Source of the DNA: Rhizophagus irregularis
Taxonomy: Eukaryota
NCBI RefSeq assembly: GCF_026210795.1
Contig: NC_089429.1
Coordinates: 4,774,001 to 4,838,000, forward strand
Length of the DNA: 64,000 nucleotides
Direction of reading: 5' to 3'
Below the pieces are notes generated by a model. That model worked only from the letters and a program-made list of their open reading frames with translations, had not been told where the DNA came from and did not search any database. Positions within the stretch are counted from its first letter, which is position 1; every line of letters starts with the position of its first letter. The translations under genes and the position numbers were made by a program. Positions 26,167 through 40,482 of this stretch are shown one piece after another.

Positions 26167-29100
26167 TCACAACACATCGTGTTGATACATTGTTAATATT
26201 AACAATGTGAATTTATGTTAAATATAAATATTATAAATATTATAAATTTAATAATGTTCATGATTTTTACAAATAAATAAAAAATTTTTACTATTTTAAT
26301 GTAATCAAGTGTAATGTTACGTTATCCAGTGTAATTGTTGTATTTTTTTGTGTTTTTTAGTGCAATTCCGCGTTTTTTAGTGCAATTCCGAATTTTCTAG
26401 CATAATGTTACATTTTCCAGCATAACGCGAAATTTTCTAAAAAATATAATAATTGTGGTATTTTTTAGTGTAATGCTACATTTTCTAGTGTAATTACGGT
26501 ATTTTTTAGTGCAATGCCGCATAATCTAGTATAGTGCTACATTTTTTAGTGTAATTTAATGTAATGTGGAATTTTCCAAAAAATGTGATAATTGTGATGC
26601 TTTTTAGTGTAATTTGGTGAAATGCTACATTTTCCAGTGTAATGCTATATTATTGAGCATTTTCCAAAAAAAAATTGTAATATTTTAACATTCTGATGAA
26701 AATGAAATATTTGACCAAAAAAATGTAAAATTTGCTGAAAATATGCAACATTTGACAAAAAATATAGAATTTTCATAAAAAAATGCACCATTTGCCAGAA
26801 AATCGGAATATTTGACAAAATTTGATTTTAATTGACAATGTTATAACAATTTTATGAAATGTTGTTACAATGACATCACATTGGAGATAAAATGCGGCAT
26901 TTTCATAAAAATGCACTATTTGCAAGAAAATTGGAACATTTGACAAAAAAAAAGCAAAATTTGATTTTAATTGACAATGTTATAACAATTTTATGAAATG
27001 TTATTATATTTGAGGTAAAATGTGGAATTTTCATAAAAATGCACCATTTGCAAGAAAATTGGATCATTTGACAAAAAAAAAGCAAAATTTAATTTTAATG
27101 ACAATGTTATAACAATGTTATAACAATGTTACGAAATGTTACATTTGAAATATAATATAGCATTTTCCCAAATTTTCATAAAATTTGCTAAATTGGACAA
27201 TGTTGTAACAATGCTATTCCAAAAAATTGCTCAGCGTAATGCAGCATTTTCCACAATTTCCCACCATTTTCCAGGAAAATGTGGAATTTGCATTTTTTGA
27301 ATTTTGGACAATGGTGCCCCTTCGACCTGTGATGAGTGATAGTGATGGTGAAGAATTTATGAATATTTCAGATAGTGATATTGATTCAGTTGATTCAGAA
27401 GATTTTCATGGAGCCAGTTTTGAAGATGCAGTAAATGCAACTCTTAATATTAATATTTCACAATGGCCCAATGAAATTTATAAAGAATTTGCAGAAATTT
27501 GTATTAATAATAATTTATCAAATCAAACTACTGATTCATTTATTCGATTTTTTAACAAAAATGCAAATATAAAAAATTCACCTTTACCAAAGAATTCCAG
27601 AGAAATGCATAAATTTATAGATTCAATGGTAGCACCTAATCTTGATTTTAAAGAGAAAAATATAATAATTTTTGAAGGTGTCACATATACTCTTTATTAT
27701 CGTTCAATAATAAAAACCATTAAAGTGCTTCTTCAAAAAAAAGATGTAATTAAAGATTTTGTATTCCAATTTGAAAAAAAACAAAAAATGAATATAGTAA
27801 GTAATTAATTTTTTATTAATAAATAAATGCAATTCTTTAATCTAATTTTATATATTTGCAGGATGGAAGTCATTCACGAATTTTTGCTGAACAGTATAAT
27901 TGTAATTGGTGGCAAAAAGCAGAATCTAAATTAAAAATTGGAAATAAAAGTTTATCAATTATTTTGTATTCTGATGCAACACTTTGTGATAACTTAGGAA
28001 AAATTCATCAGTATCCAGTTTTTCTTACTTTAGGAAATATTCCTTCTTGGGAAAGAAATAAAAAAGATGCTAAAGTAATATTAGGGTATATGCCAATTCT
28101 CCAAAGTAAAAACAAAGCAACTGATTATTTTCGCCAACTTACACGTAAAATAGAAATGCAGTGTTGGAGTATTATGCTTCGTCCTATTTTAGAACTTGAA
28201 GAAATGGAGTTTACAATAAACAATACACAAGTTACATTTTCTCCAAGAATATCTGTATTTATTGCAGATATGTTAGAAGCAAATGCAATTACATGCACTT
28301 ACAAATCAGCTATTTGCAAGATGCCATGTCCAAACTGTACTGTACTTGTTGAAAATTTAAATAATATGAATCTTTCAAAAGAAGACATAATTTTACGAAC
28401 ACCTGAATCAATGGCTTTTGTTATTCAAAATAAAGAAGCTCATGATTATTCAATTCATGATCAAAAAAATATCTTTTGGAACTTTAGGTAAATTTATTTA
28501 AACTTTAATAAATATATTTTAAATCAATAATAACATCAATTTTTTTCTAATTTATAAGGGACCTAAATATTTATGAGGCAGTTTTACCTGATAGAATGCA
28601 CCATTTGGATTTAGGACTCTTTAAGTATATGTTAGATTATACACAGATTCTTTTAGCTGAACAATGTGGAAATTGGGTAATTGAAGAGTTTAATACCGGT
28701 TAGCAGCAATTCCCAAGTTTCCTGGATTGAAAATTTTTAATAATGGAATTGCTGCTGTATAAACAGCAGATGAATACCGAATGGTAATGAAAGTAATTAT
28801 TTCAGTAATTGATGGTATATTTGATGACAAAGATCCATATGTTAAAGAACATAAATTTAAAAGTAAAAATATATATATATCATCAACAACTTGCTTTAGT
28901 ATATTTTTTCTTTATTCGTATGTATTTAATGAGTCGTAAAGAAGAATTCTCAGAAGATGATCTAAATGAATTTGAGGTAAAATAGTATTCAAATATTTTT
29001 TACAAATGAACTATTATTTATAATTGAATATTTTTAATATTTGTAGAATTTAATTACAATATGGAGCTGTGAGTTTGTAAATGTTTTTGCTAGATTTAAT

Positions 29101-29796
29101 CCTAGTAATTTACGTCTACCAAAATTACATTCTTGGAGATATCATGTTATTTCTGCAATTCGTCAATTTGGTGCAATTAATGGATATACCAGTGAAACTT
29201 ATGAGACCTTACATAAGTTTTATGTTAAAAATCCTTATCGGAAAAGTAATAAAAAAGAAGTTATGAATCAAATTTTAAATAGGGTATGATATTTTGTTTT
29301 TATAATTAAAATTAAATAGAAGTTTTGTTTATTTAATTCAAGAATAATACATATTATGATAGATTTGACAAAAAGCCTTAACAGAAACTATAAAAGAAAC
29401 TAAAACTAGAGTAAAAGGAAAACTATCGGGTATACTTTATAATATATGTTTCTCCTTATTTGAGAACCATTCAGAAATTTTTCAGCAATTAGAAATAACG
29501 AATCCTTTGCAACTTGAGGGAATGGAAAATCTACATTCTTCTCTTAACACTTTTATAGATAATATGTCTATAACTTCTTTAGATAAAGACAAATGTTTTA
29601 TACAACTATATAAAAGTGCAACATTAGTATCAATGGATATTATTCGTGCAGATCCATCTTATAATCATATCCCATGGTTTAGTGATGTTGCTATTGTAAT
29701 GGAAGAAACAGAGGCTGTTAATTATATTACAGATCAAGGTGCATGTTTTGGAAAGGTTGGTAATAGTTTAAAAATTACTATTTTTTTAATATTATA

Positions 29797-31940
29797 TTAG
29801 CTGTCACCCGTTGCTTCGCACTGGGACCAATGAGTTTTTTAAATAGAAAGATTTGGTATTATAATGTAATACTAAGTAAATTAAAGAAGTTTTTTGTTTA
29901 TAATTAGGAATTTAATATGGTAATAATTGTAACAAAAAATATGTATTAAATTATATTTATAATATTAGAATGATATAAATAATAAAGGAAATAATAATTT
30001 TACGCAGGTGCGTTGCAACGTACCCCCTTTTTTGGAAATTATTAAATAGTAAATTTGCTGATCATAACGTGATTATAAATGATCGACAAATTTACTATTT
30101 AAAAATTTCCAAAAAAGGGGGTGCATTCAAACGCAGGTGCGTTCAAATTTTAAAGTCAATAATAAATTATTTTTAGAATAATGTAGCTAATTTATATTAA
30201 TGATTTGATGTTTGAGTGTAGAGTGAAATTCGGATTAATTAGGAATTGTGAAAAAATAATTATCAATAAAAATTGATTAATTTTTTAGAAGTATTTTTGA
30301 AAAAACTTTAATATTATGAAAATACTACAAATATTTTTATTAATTTTTTATATTACGTCAATTTTAAACTTATAATCAACCTAAGAAAAATATTTGAACA
30401 ATTAAATATTAGAAATCTGTTCATTTCATTTATTATTATTCTTTTGATACTCATTTTATTCGATAAATTATTAATTTAACTAAACCATTTGAATTAAAAT
30501 TTTTATTCAAAAATCTGGTGATTATTTAGAGAATTTCGGATATGGATTTGGTTATAATAGTCTATTATTAAATCAACAATTTCTTTAATTAATTAATTAT
30601 AAAATATTGTAAAAATATCAATTTTTTTTTGATTTTTATGAATTTGAAAATCATCCAGCGTTCAATTTAATTGAAAATCTTTAATCATCTTTCTACATGT
30701 TATTATTGATTTTTTTAAAAAAATTGAAGAAAAAAAAATTAAATATAAATTTAGGGGAAAGAAAAAGGATAAAGAAAGAAATCGGTTCAAAAAAAAAGGG
30801 AAATTTCCGAAAAAAAAGGAATCTGAAAAAAAAATAAGTATCGAAAAAAATTCTGACAAAAAAAAAAATTTCAGTTTAGGAAAAAAAATTAAACCTAAAC
30901 GGGAAAAGAATGGAAAAACAAAAATTTTAAAATTTTCGGTTTGAAAAATAAACTAAACCGAAAGAAGAAAGGGAGAAAAATTTTTTTTCAGTTTGAAAAA
31001 AAAAACGAAAAATTTAAAAATTAATAATCAAAAAAAAAATTTCTGATTAAGGTAAAAGGAATGTACAGTACACGGATAAATAGATCAGGTGGAGGCATGT
31101 CACGGGTTTTAATTATATGGCATAGATTTCAAGTTACACAATTCAAATTATTAATCCAAATGTCAGACAAATTTTTTTAGTTATATAGTTTTTTTAGTTA
31201 TATAGATTTATCAAAAAATTTATTATTGATTTAATTAAACAAATTTCACAAATTTATTAGTCGGAAATAATATTGAAAAAATCAAACAAAAAAAGTTCTC
31301 ACTAAATCGAAAAAAAAAATCTCAATAAACAAAAAAAGTTCTCACTAAATCAAAAAATTCTCACTAAAAAAAAAAAATTTTCACACGAATTTATTAGTCA
31401 GAAACAATAAAAAAAATCTCACAAAAAGCCGTAGGACATAGTTCTATAGTCTTAAAAAAAAGAATAAACTATATAAAAAAAAATCCAAAATTTTGATAAA
31501 AAAAAATCCATAAAAAAAAAATCCAATAAGTATAAAAAAATTTTGGTTGTTAACCAAAAGAAACAATAATGATAAAAAGAGGGATAAAAAATTAATAAAA
31601 AAAAAGACTAAAAAGGTAGTTTCAGTTTTTTGGTAAAAACTGAAAAAAATTATTATTACATGGTAACTAAGAGAGCGGGTCATTGGGGTCACATGATTTG
31701 ATGACCCGACCCGTCGAGTCATGTTAGGAAATGACCGCAAGAGACATTATACTTTTTTTGTTAGTATTAATCTATCAAATTTTAATTAACTATAAATGTA
31801 TTAGTTTAAAGATTGGTTAGTTAATTATGATATGATAATTATGAAATAGATCGAACGAATATCACACTTTCAATGTTACACAATTCAAATTATTTATACA
31901 GGGTAATCTAAATATGACAAAATTTTTTTAATTAGATAGA
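29797..31940 (-). mobile_element. Non-autonomous Helitron inside an intron of the Plavaka transposase
   Basis: Minus strand starts TCTATCTAAT (31940) and ends with hairpin CCCAGTGCGAAGCAACGGG plus CTAA (29797). Inserted between A and T with no TSD. Confidence 0.8.
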
Positions 31941-34781
31941 TATCATATATTTATTATATTATTAAAATTTTATATTAGGTATTATTATTAGGAAACATAA
32001 TTATTAATAATAATTCACATAATACCATAAAATTTAGCTTTGCAATGGTAAAATGGTATGATTATTGCAAGCAGGATAATGAAGATATAGAAATTTATGG
32101 ATGTCCTCGGCTATTAATGTTAAAAAGTTATGATGTAGTACCATTAGATTCTATAACACACAGTGTTCATATTATACCAAGATTTCATAAAGAAAATGAA
32201 TTTTTGATGAATAGAAATATTTTCTAAATTGTATATATATTATCATTTCTTGGTTCAAATATTTAGTATTATATATTGTACTAATAAAGTTTTAAAATGA
32301 TAATTATATTAACACACGTCGGTCATGTCACATGACATGCCGATCATTAATACAAATTTCGTGTAATGATAAATTACGCGAATTTCAGTACTATAACAAC
32401 ATAAAAATTTTTCAAGTAACATACCCTTAAACCTTAATGGACTTTTGTTTCTCGAGGTTTAATTTATACGTTCTTATACTTTTCTTTGTAATATAAAGCT
32501 TGTATGAACAGTTTATATAATACCTACTTTTCCTATTTTTTTGAACTTAACCCCCAGATGCAAGTTTATATCAAAACAAAATACGATCTTATATTACCAA
32601 TTATATGTAGTTTTTTATGTACGATCGAAAAGCTTACTCGCTAAAAGAAGGTTAGATTATTAATTTTTGCTAAAATTGTACGATTTTTATTTTTTATTAT
32701 TTAATTAACCGATAATTGAAATTATTTAAACTGCATTTTTGAAATTTTTTTATGTATTATTTATTAATTTGTAAAATGACATTTATTTAACAATAAAAAC
32801 ACTAGACTAACAAAATATCAAAGAAAATATTCTAAATAATGTTAGTACTTATAGATTATTCACTAACTTTAGATTTACGATACCTCCACGCTGCTTTAAC
32901 TTTAGCTTTATTCCAATTGCTTGAAAGCCTACTAAGAATCTCATTAATAGCCGAGTCTGGTAGTTCTTCTTTATAAACCAACAATTCTTCAAGTATTTTT
33001 TCTTCTTCTGGAGTTGTTTGTTTACGCTTTTTCTTTGGCACTTTTACCAGATTATTTTGGCTTTCAGGTATGTATGGTGATTCTAAATTATCCGCCTGGT
33101 TGCTTGATCCACTTGCTTGTTGGAATGACTTAATTCCAGTCTTATTTTTTGATTTTTTTTGATTAAAATCTTTAACCCTTGTTCTGACTACTTCTGTCTT
33201 TCTCCTACCCCGTGCATTTCTGCATTCTATTTCTAGAACTTCTTGTCGATAAACTGCTTTAATTCGCTCTAATCCTTTCTCATAACATGCAATCAGACAT
33301 TCAACTCCTTGATGATGCAATTCTGTTGGCGGATATTCCTTAAATAAATTATGGGATAAAGGATCAGACATTCCAAAAACATTTATCAAATCATCTACAA
33401 GATTCCATAGTGATTCCCTTCGTGATTCACTAGTTCGTTCAGTATGCAATACTGTGTTATTATCTAGGTATTCATATAGTAGTAAATCTATCCTTTCTCT
33501 TTCATCCTAGCATGCTTTAATTTGATTTCTGAGATTTTTCTCATCAATTGTATTCCCGGTAATATTCTGTTTAATATATTTAACCCCGAAGGTCTCTAGC
33601 GCTTCATCAAATCCAAAACAAGTATAGAAAGGATTATTTTCTTCATTTTTTCACGTGGAATTTTAAAAGAGCCAACGTGATGCAGATTTTCCTCTAATTG
33701 TGGATGAGCAGCTATTGTTGAAAGAAAGTGAGCAATCGCAGTTGTATAATTAGATTTAGCAGCACTAGCAAAAAGAGGTGCAACTGCAGCTAAAGAATCT
33801 CTTTGAATATTAAAATTTCCTATACGAATTCCCATTCTATGAGCTTTCCAGATACCTGCCCATTTATAATAAAGATACCAAACTTTAAGACAAATGTGAG
33901 TATCATTTTTACCATCCATGATTTCTGAAAAAGGTATATTTTTTGAAGTAATGTAAATATTAATTGCTATTCCTACAGCAATCCATAAAAGACCCAGAAT
34001 TCTAGCTGTTGAACGGTAATCAACTGCAATTTCAAATTTATCCAGAAATCTTACACCAAGACGTGAAGCTAAGCTTAATAATCCATAACTTGAAAATAGA
34101 ACTAAAAGTACTGAGCAAAAGTCTTTCGAGGTATGCCATTGACCTAGATGAAGTCTTAGCTTAGGCCATTTTTTTTTACCTTTAATTAATCGATGATATA
34201 TTGCTTCATCAGCCACAATATCAAGAAAATCAGAATCTTTCAAATTGAAGTCTTTTTTATACATTTCAGCAGCACGTAAAATTTCTTCATCAGAGTTTGG
34301 ATTCATTCCAGGTTCAAGGATAACAACATTAGGAGATGGGCCTAAACATCCATAATCTAATTTAGAAAGTATAATATGTTTAATACTCTCAGCATCAAAA
34401 TCTTTTTTGTAAGACAGTTCACCATTATTATTTTCGATATGTAATAGTTCTTTGAATATTTCTTGAAAAGTTATTAATATTTGGTCTGTTTTAGAATTCA
34501 TACCAAATAATGGCGTATCTGCTGTTAATTCAACTACTACCTCAGGCTTAGTTCTATTTATTGGCAGTTGCGCTTGGAAAGCCATTCTTAATATCGCATG
34601 AGAACTTCCTCGGGTAATGTCATAAATATTCCCAAATTTAAAGCTTTTCTCTTTAAAATCAATGTTACACTGGTCGAAATCAAAAAAATCGGACATATGG
34701 AAAATCAGCTAAAAATCAGACCAAAATCGACTGACATTACAAATCGGCACATCTGATTGATGCCAATCGGACAATTTAATG

Positions 34782-35345
34782 AAAATCCAGAAAAAAATCA
34801 TCATATTTGATTGACGGCTGATTGATGCTAGTTAAAATCAAAAAAAAAATCAGACAAATGGCAAATCAACCTAAAATTTGCCCAATATTCAAATATGTAC
34901 TTCCAATTTATGGAAAATTGACAATTCAATAAAAATTCAATAAAAATTCGATAAAAATCCAGAAAAAAATCATTATATTTGATTGACGGCTGATTGATGC
35001 TGGTTGAAATCAAAAAAAAAATCAGACAAATGGCAAATCAACCTAAAATTTGCCCAATATTCAAATATGTACTTCCAATTTATGGAAAATTGACAATTCA
35101 ATAAAAATTCAATAAAAATTCAATAAAAATCCAGAAAAAAATCATTATATTTGATTGACGGCTGATTGATGCTGGTTGAAATCAAAAAAAAATCAGACAA
35201 AATGACAAATCAACCTAAAATTTACCCAATATTCAAATATGTACTTCCGATTTATGGAAAATTGATAATTCAATAAAAATTCAATAAAAATTCGATAAAA
35301 ATTCGGCAAAAAATCATTATATTTGATTGACGGCTGATTGATACA
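34782..35345. repeat. 172-bp subterminal tandem repeat, ~3.3 copies
   Basis: 'atttgattgacggctgattgat' recurs at 34805, 34977, 35149 and 35321. Confidence 0.9.
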
Positions 35346-35475
35346 AAAAAAGTCATCAAAATTAACTTTTGAAAAACATGATTTGTCATTAAAATTCAGA
35401 AATTCGGAAAAATCAACACCAAATTTATAGTCAATTACTCAATTTATTATAAATTTATGTCTAAAACTTATAAGT

Positions 35476-38400
35476 TTATAATTGGTATTTTCTACTAATT
35501 GGATTTACGGCTAAATACTCCCTTGCATTTTGCCGGTTTGAGATTTGGTAACTTACTGGTACAAATCTACCTAAAATATGATGCACAGGTATTATACAAT
35601 CACGACTTATTGGATAAAATTCGGTATTCCACAACTCAACATTACAAATTTCATCACTGCTGAAATAGTATCGAATATTGGTTGAATTTGCGTATTTATA
35701 CCAACGAACGTATGCTAGAAAATGTTCGACGGGACCATCCGGAAAGTCTACTACGTGAGTAAAATAATACTGAATTTGACCTGGGTAGGTGTCGACATCT
35801 TCATCATCCGTAATAAATTTCGCTAAGACGTACGAACTTTTTACATGTCTTAACGATAATGACGATCCAAAGACTTCTGAACCAATCCGACACCTTCCGA
35901 ATTGGTTAATTTTGACCCTAATTATTATATCGTTATCTAAACCTTCTACAAGAGGCCTCCGAAATCCAAATGATTCGTAAGTCGCATTGTAATATTCGAC
36001 CATTAAATTTAACATTTCACTTGAAAGTAGTATATAATGAGATACCGGCTTAAGAAATTCACCTGGGAAGCCTTCTTTGCCAGAAATCTGTGAATCTTTA
36101 ATATTTTGTGAATTCAGCCAAAATCGATGCATCTCATCTGACGAAAATTCATCAGTAACTGAAAGGGACCCGATAGTACGCTGACTGTTTAGCAATTCAA
36201 GACCTTTTACTTCGATACCTGAACTTATGATATTTTCGATTTGTTTATCAAACATTAATCGACGCATAAGTTCAGACTCAATTTTCCTGTTGCTGTTTGG
36301 TAACGAACCTAAAAGTGCGAAATCAATAAATTATAAGCTAATATTGAAATCGTTAAAATCGTTAAAAAATCGTTAACGGATATTTACCTAAAATACCGTT
36401 CATACGTTCGAAAGAGAAACACCAGAACGCATATAATGGTCCATAATCAGATGAGCAATCACGCAAATGCAAAGAAAGATGAAGATTCGGTGTGATCTTA
36501 TCTCTGCCGTGGTGATTCTCAATGAGCTTGACTATTTCGATAAGACTTCTATGGGCTTCATCCACCAAATTAGATTCTAGAATCCGATTTACCAAAATCG
36601 AACAAACCCTGACAAAATGATTCAGGATTCTTCTATCTACGTCTGAAAGGTGTTCCCAAAGTGATACAGTTGAATAAATTGTAAAGAATATTCGCCACTG
36701 ATCGGCCGTAAAATTGGTGAATCCCTCTCCACTATGAATTTTTCCTGGAATTCGACCTAAATCGGATGGTATCTGAAACTCGTCCATCTTTTTCTGAATT
36801 TTGTTCAAAGAATTTGGTGTCAAAATACCCCCATCGATCCAAATTCGTTTTACTATCCACTTCGCAATGCCCAGAAATAAGCAATGCATTGGATCGACTG
36901 TAATAAATCTAATAGGGTCGAAATATGATAGACGCAACAATTCGGACCATCTAATGCCAGTTTCTTTGACGAAGCGCTTTCTAGCAGCGTCTGAGTTGCA
37001 TCTTCGCCAACCTAGTGCGTTTTGCCGGTGCTCATTCGAATCTCGAGCAGAATACCCTACATCATCCATTCCAGCAAAATTATGCTGCCCATTTTCATAA
37101 TTTGCTTTTTTCTCACACCTGTGACATGAAACTAAGGCAGAAACATGACCGCAAATTTTTCTTGCGGCGGGAATGTCACATGATACTAAGATTAAAGCGC
37201 CACGAACTCTCTTTCCATTTTCGCATTCATAAGTACGATTTAGTGTTAACCCAGCCCAGAGTGTTTCCAATTCGTTAACTATTGGTGCTAAATAGTGGTT
37301 CACTTTATGTAGGCTGACCTCCTTTGGCCCAGGTAAAATGCCGAGAGTCAATAAATTTTCACGTCTAAATCGGATATCGTGTGGCAAATTGCATATAGCG
37401 GCGTATATGACACCGATACTATAAATGGTACTATCATATGGCTGAAACCAATCAAGATTCAGCATCAAGCCAAGATGAGAATCGGCCACTTCGCTTCTGA
37501 AAAAATTTGGCGAATCTTCATTGTCCGATTCTTTAAAATTCTTCCACACTTGCCCATCATATATATCGGTCAAAATATTATCAAAATTCGACCGATTAGC
37601 CCAATGTCGGAGAGAATTTTCAAACCCAGGCCGACAAAACATAGTGGCAAGTTGTTGATTGATTCCAGCAAACGGATACATTAAATTAGGTCGTATTATT
37701 GTTCGATTTGTCGATGCGCTAATTTTTTCAGACAATGCCGTATTGCAAAGACGTGATCTGCGAACTGAAGAATTGGGAAATTCTATGTGTTGACATTTCA
37801 TTATAGCAGGATTGTCCTCTTGTTTGAAATCTACCACTTCCTCTTTTTTATACAATTTGTGACATTTCGGACAAGGTACAAAACTATGAAATTGGTCATT
37901 TAATCCAAGCTTCTTTCTTGTTAAGTAAAGCGAATCTGGGAAATCATTAAAATCGTCACTACTGAACTCGCACAGGGCCAATTTCATAAATTTTATTAGA
38001 GTCTCAGTAGCTGTCTCTGCGATATTGAATCTTGTTCGAAAGTTCATTATCCAAAGTAAAATCCATAAAAATCGATCATAATTCGATTCTAAATATGGTG
38101 GGTTTTGAAATGGTTCATAACTAGGTGGTGAATAGTCTTCAAAAATTTCAGAAATTCCAGAAATTGGATCATTATCTGATTCACTGCCTATAGACAATGT
38201 ATCACTGTAGATATCTTCCTCTGTAGTATATTCGGATGATGATGAATCTTCTGGATCTTCTGAAATTTCCGGACGATTTGTATACTTTCTTGCACGTTGT
38301 CGAGGTAAGAAGTTAAATTCGACATCTTGATGTTCATCATCAACATCATCTTGATTACTGTTATCTGATTTTTCCGATTCTTGTCTAATAGATTCATCAA

Positions 38401-38731
38401 TCATTCGTCCAGCTGAAGCGGGTATTGATGTTTCACCTATTTCAAGTTGACGAACTTGAGACGAAATTGTACCTTGCGAATCTTGGTATTCTTGATGTCT
38501 AGAATCGTGAATTTCTTTTGTGCGAGAATCCACCAAGTTGCCATCACAATCAGGACAATTACAAACTACTAGTTTTCTTTTATTACTTGTTGGTCTAGCA
38601 GAAGATACTATTTCTTCGTTTATTATACCAGAAATTGATCTATTTCTACGAGTAGAAGATAGCTGATTTGAAGGTGATTCTTCATCATCAAGATCGTCAA
38701 GTATACTAGAGACTGACCTTTTTCTGCTCAT
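35476..38731 (-). CDS. CACTA/EnSpm TnpD-like (Transposase_21 family) transposase, 2 exons (38731-36388, 36308-35476), ~1058 aa
   Basis: Motifs LNLDWFQP, CDIPAARK, DPMHCLFLG, TADQW, PNLHLSLH, YGPLYAFWCFSFERMNG. A 79-nt GT-AG intron (36309-36387) joins ILG|SLPNSNRK in frame. Confidence 0.92.
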
Positions 38732-39271
38732 TTGTTTAGTATTTGAATAAGTTTAATGAGTTTGGCAAAATCCAAATTTGTAAAAAGGCCGATTTTTATA
38801 AAATTTGGAATAACACAAAATTTGTATAATTTGTATGTATAATTAATGTAATCCTGGCTTCTATGATTATTTCAATAATTTTTTAGGATTTAATATTTTT
38901 TTTTCGCAAATTTGGCAATTTTATATAATAAATTTGCGAATTTTCTAATTAATATACTTTTAAAAATTGCAATATGATTTAAGCTTATTTTACAATAAAA
39001 AGCTTATTTTTAATAAAAAGCTTATTTTTAAAATAAAAAGCTTATTTTATTTTAAAATAACTTTTATTTACAAGATAATCACTTTATCATCCCTTTATCA
39101 TTTTCGGATGCCAAACAAACCTTATCAAAAGAAACTGTAAATTTTAGCGAAAGTTGAAAAGTAACAATTTTGTATTAATCGAAGTGGTATTGCTATAATA
39201 ACAATATATTTTCGATTTTACTGCAAATTTCGACAAAGTATAACTTGCCGCATTAAAGTATATCAAATTTT

Positions 39272-40455
39272 AACGCAGTAGAACGCTAACAATTTTCGTA
39301 ATTTTAATTTATTTGTCTTTTTAATTATGATTTATAATTGATTTTTCAATCGAGAAATCAACGCAGGACGCTAACGATTTTCTTATTAATTAATTGATTT
39401 GTCTTTTTAATTATGATTTATAGTTGATTTTTCAATCGAGAAATCAACGCAGTAGAACGCTAACGATTTTCGTAATTTTAATTTATTTGTCTTTTTTAAT
39501 TATGATTTATAGTTGATTTTCATCGAGAAATCAACGCAGTAGAAAACATAACGATTTTCGTAATTTTAATTTATTTGTCTTTTTAATTATGATTTATAGT
39601 TGATTTTCCTCGAGAAATCAACGCAGTAGAACGCTAACGATTTTCTTATTAATTAATTTATTTGATTTCTTAATTATGATTTATAGTTGATTTTTCAATC
39701 GAGAAATCAACGCAGTAGAACGCTAACGATTTTCGTAATTTAATTTATTTGTCTTTTTTAATTATGATTTATAGTTGATTTTCCTCGAGAAATCAACGCA
39801 GTAGAACGCTAACGATTTTCTTATTAATTAATTGATTTGTCTTTTTTAATTATGATTTATAGTTGATTTTCCTCGAGAAATCAACGCAGAGTAAACGCTA
39901 ACGATTTTCGTAATTTTAATTTATTTGTCTTTTTTAATTATGATTTATAGTTGATTTTTCAATCGAGAAATCAACGCAATAGGAAGCTAACGATTTTCTT
40001 ATTAATTAATTTATTTGATTTTTTAATTATGATTTATAGTTGATTTTCCAATCAAGAATTCAACGCAGTAGAACGCTAACGATTTTCTTATTAATTAATT
40101 TATTTGATTTTTTAATTATGATTTATAGTTGATTTTCCTCGAGAAATCAACGCAATAGGACGCTAACGATTTTCTTATTAATTAATTTATTTGATTTTAA
40201 ATTATGATTTATAGTTGATTTTTCAATCGAGAAATCAACGCAATAGGACGCTAACGATTTTCTTATTAATTAATTTATTTGATTTTTTAATTATGATTTA
40301 TAGTTGATTTTTCTCGAGAAATCAACGCAGTAGAACGCTAACGATTTTCTTATTAATTAATTGATTTGTCTTTTTTAATTATGATTTATAGTTGATTTTT
40401 CAATCGAGAAATCAACGCAGTAGAACGCTAACGATTTTCTTATTAATTAATTGAT
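39272..40455. repeat. ~88-bp tandem repeat, ~14 copies, between the divergent CACTA genes
   Basis: Unit aacgcagtagaacgctaacgattttc...ttatgatttatagttgatttt..cgagaaatc. Confidence 0.92.
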
Positions 40456-40482
40456 GATTTTTAAATTTATAAATAGGACGAT

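Larger units (their letters stand above)
22649..27331. mobile_element. Non-autonomous CACTA-superfamily element (CACAG termini)
   Basis: TIR CACAGGTTGAA..CATTGTC / GACAATG..TTCGACCTGTG, 3-bp TSD ATG (22646-48, 27332-34). Subterminal repeats: ~51-bp units at 22870-23170 and degenerate units at 26330-27130. Confidence 0.88.
22152..32227 (+). pseudogene. Plavaka-like transposase with N-terminal C2H2 zinc finger, multi-exon, broken by two insertions and point lesions
   Basis: CPFEGC..F....L..H...H finger. Motifs IILYSDATLCD, PVFLTLGNIP, FIADMLEA, PDRMHHLDLGLF, LPKLHSWRYH, FGAINGYTSETYETLHK. Removing 22649-27331 rejoins IINDM|SDSDGEEF. Frameshift ~28697 and stop ~28760. Confidence 0.8.

Noticed and set aside
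33596..34696. ORF starts and ends MSDFFDFDQC.. (34696), ..TGRNSPNRLE (43901), MLSVMQHF.. (27227) and ..HRLNRCHC (22650-22852) as real protein termini
   Set aside because: They are read-through into the TIRs of the inserted elements.
36801..38400. Short ORFs overlapping the CACTA transposase, and 40526-41227 in an alternative frame
   Set aside because: Alternative-frame or antisense shadows with no independent motifs.
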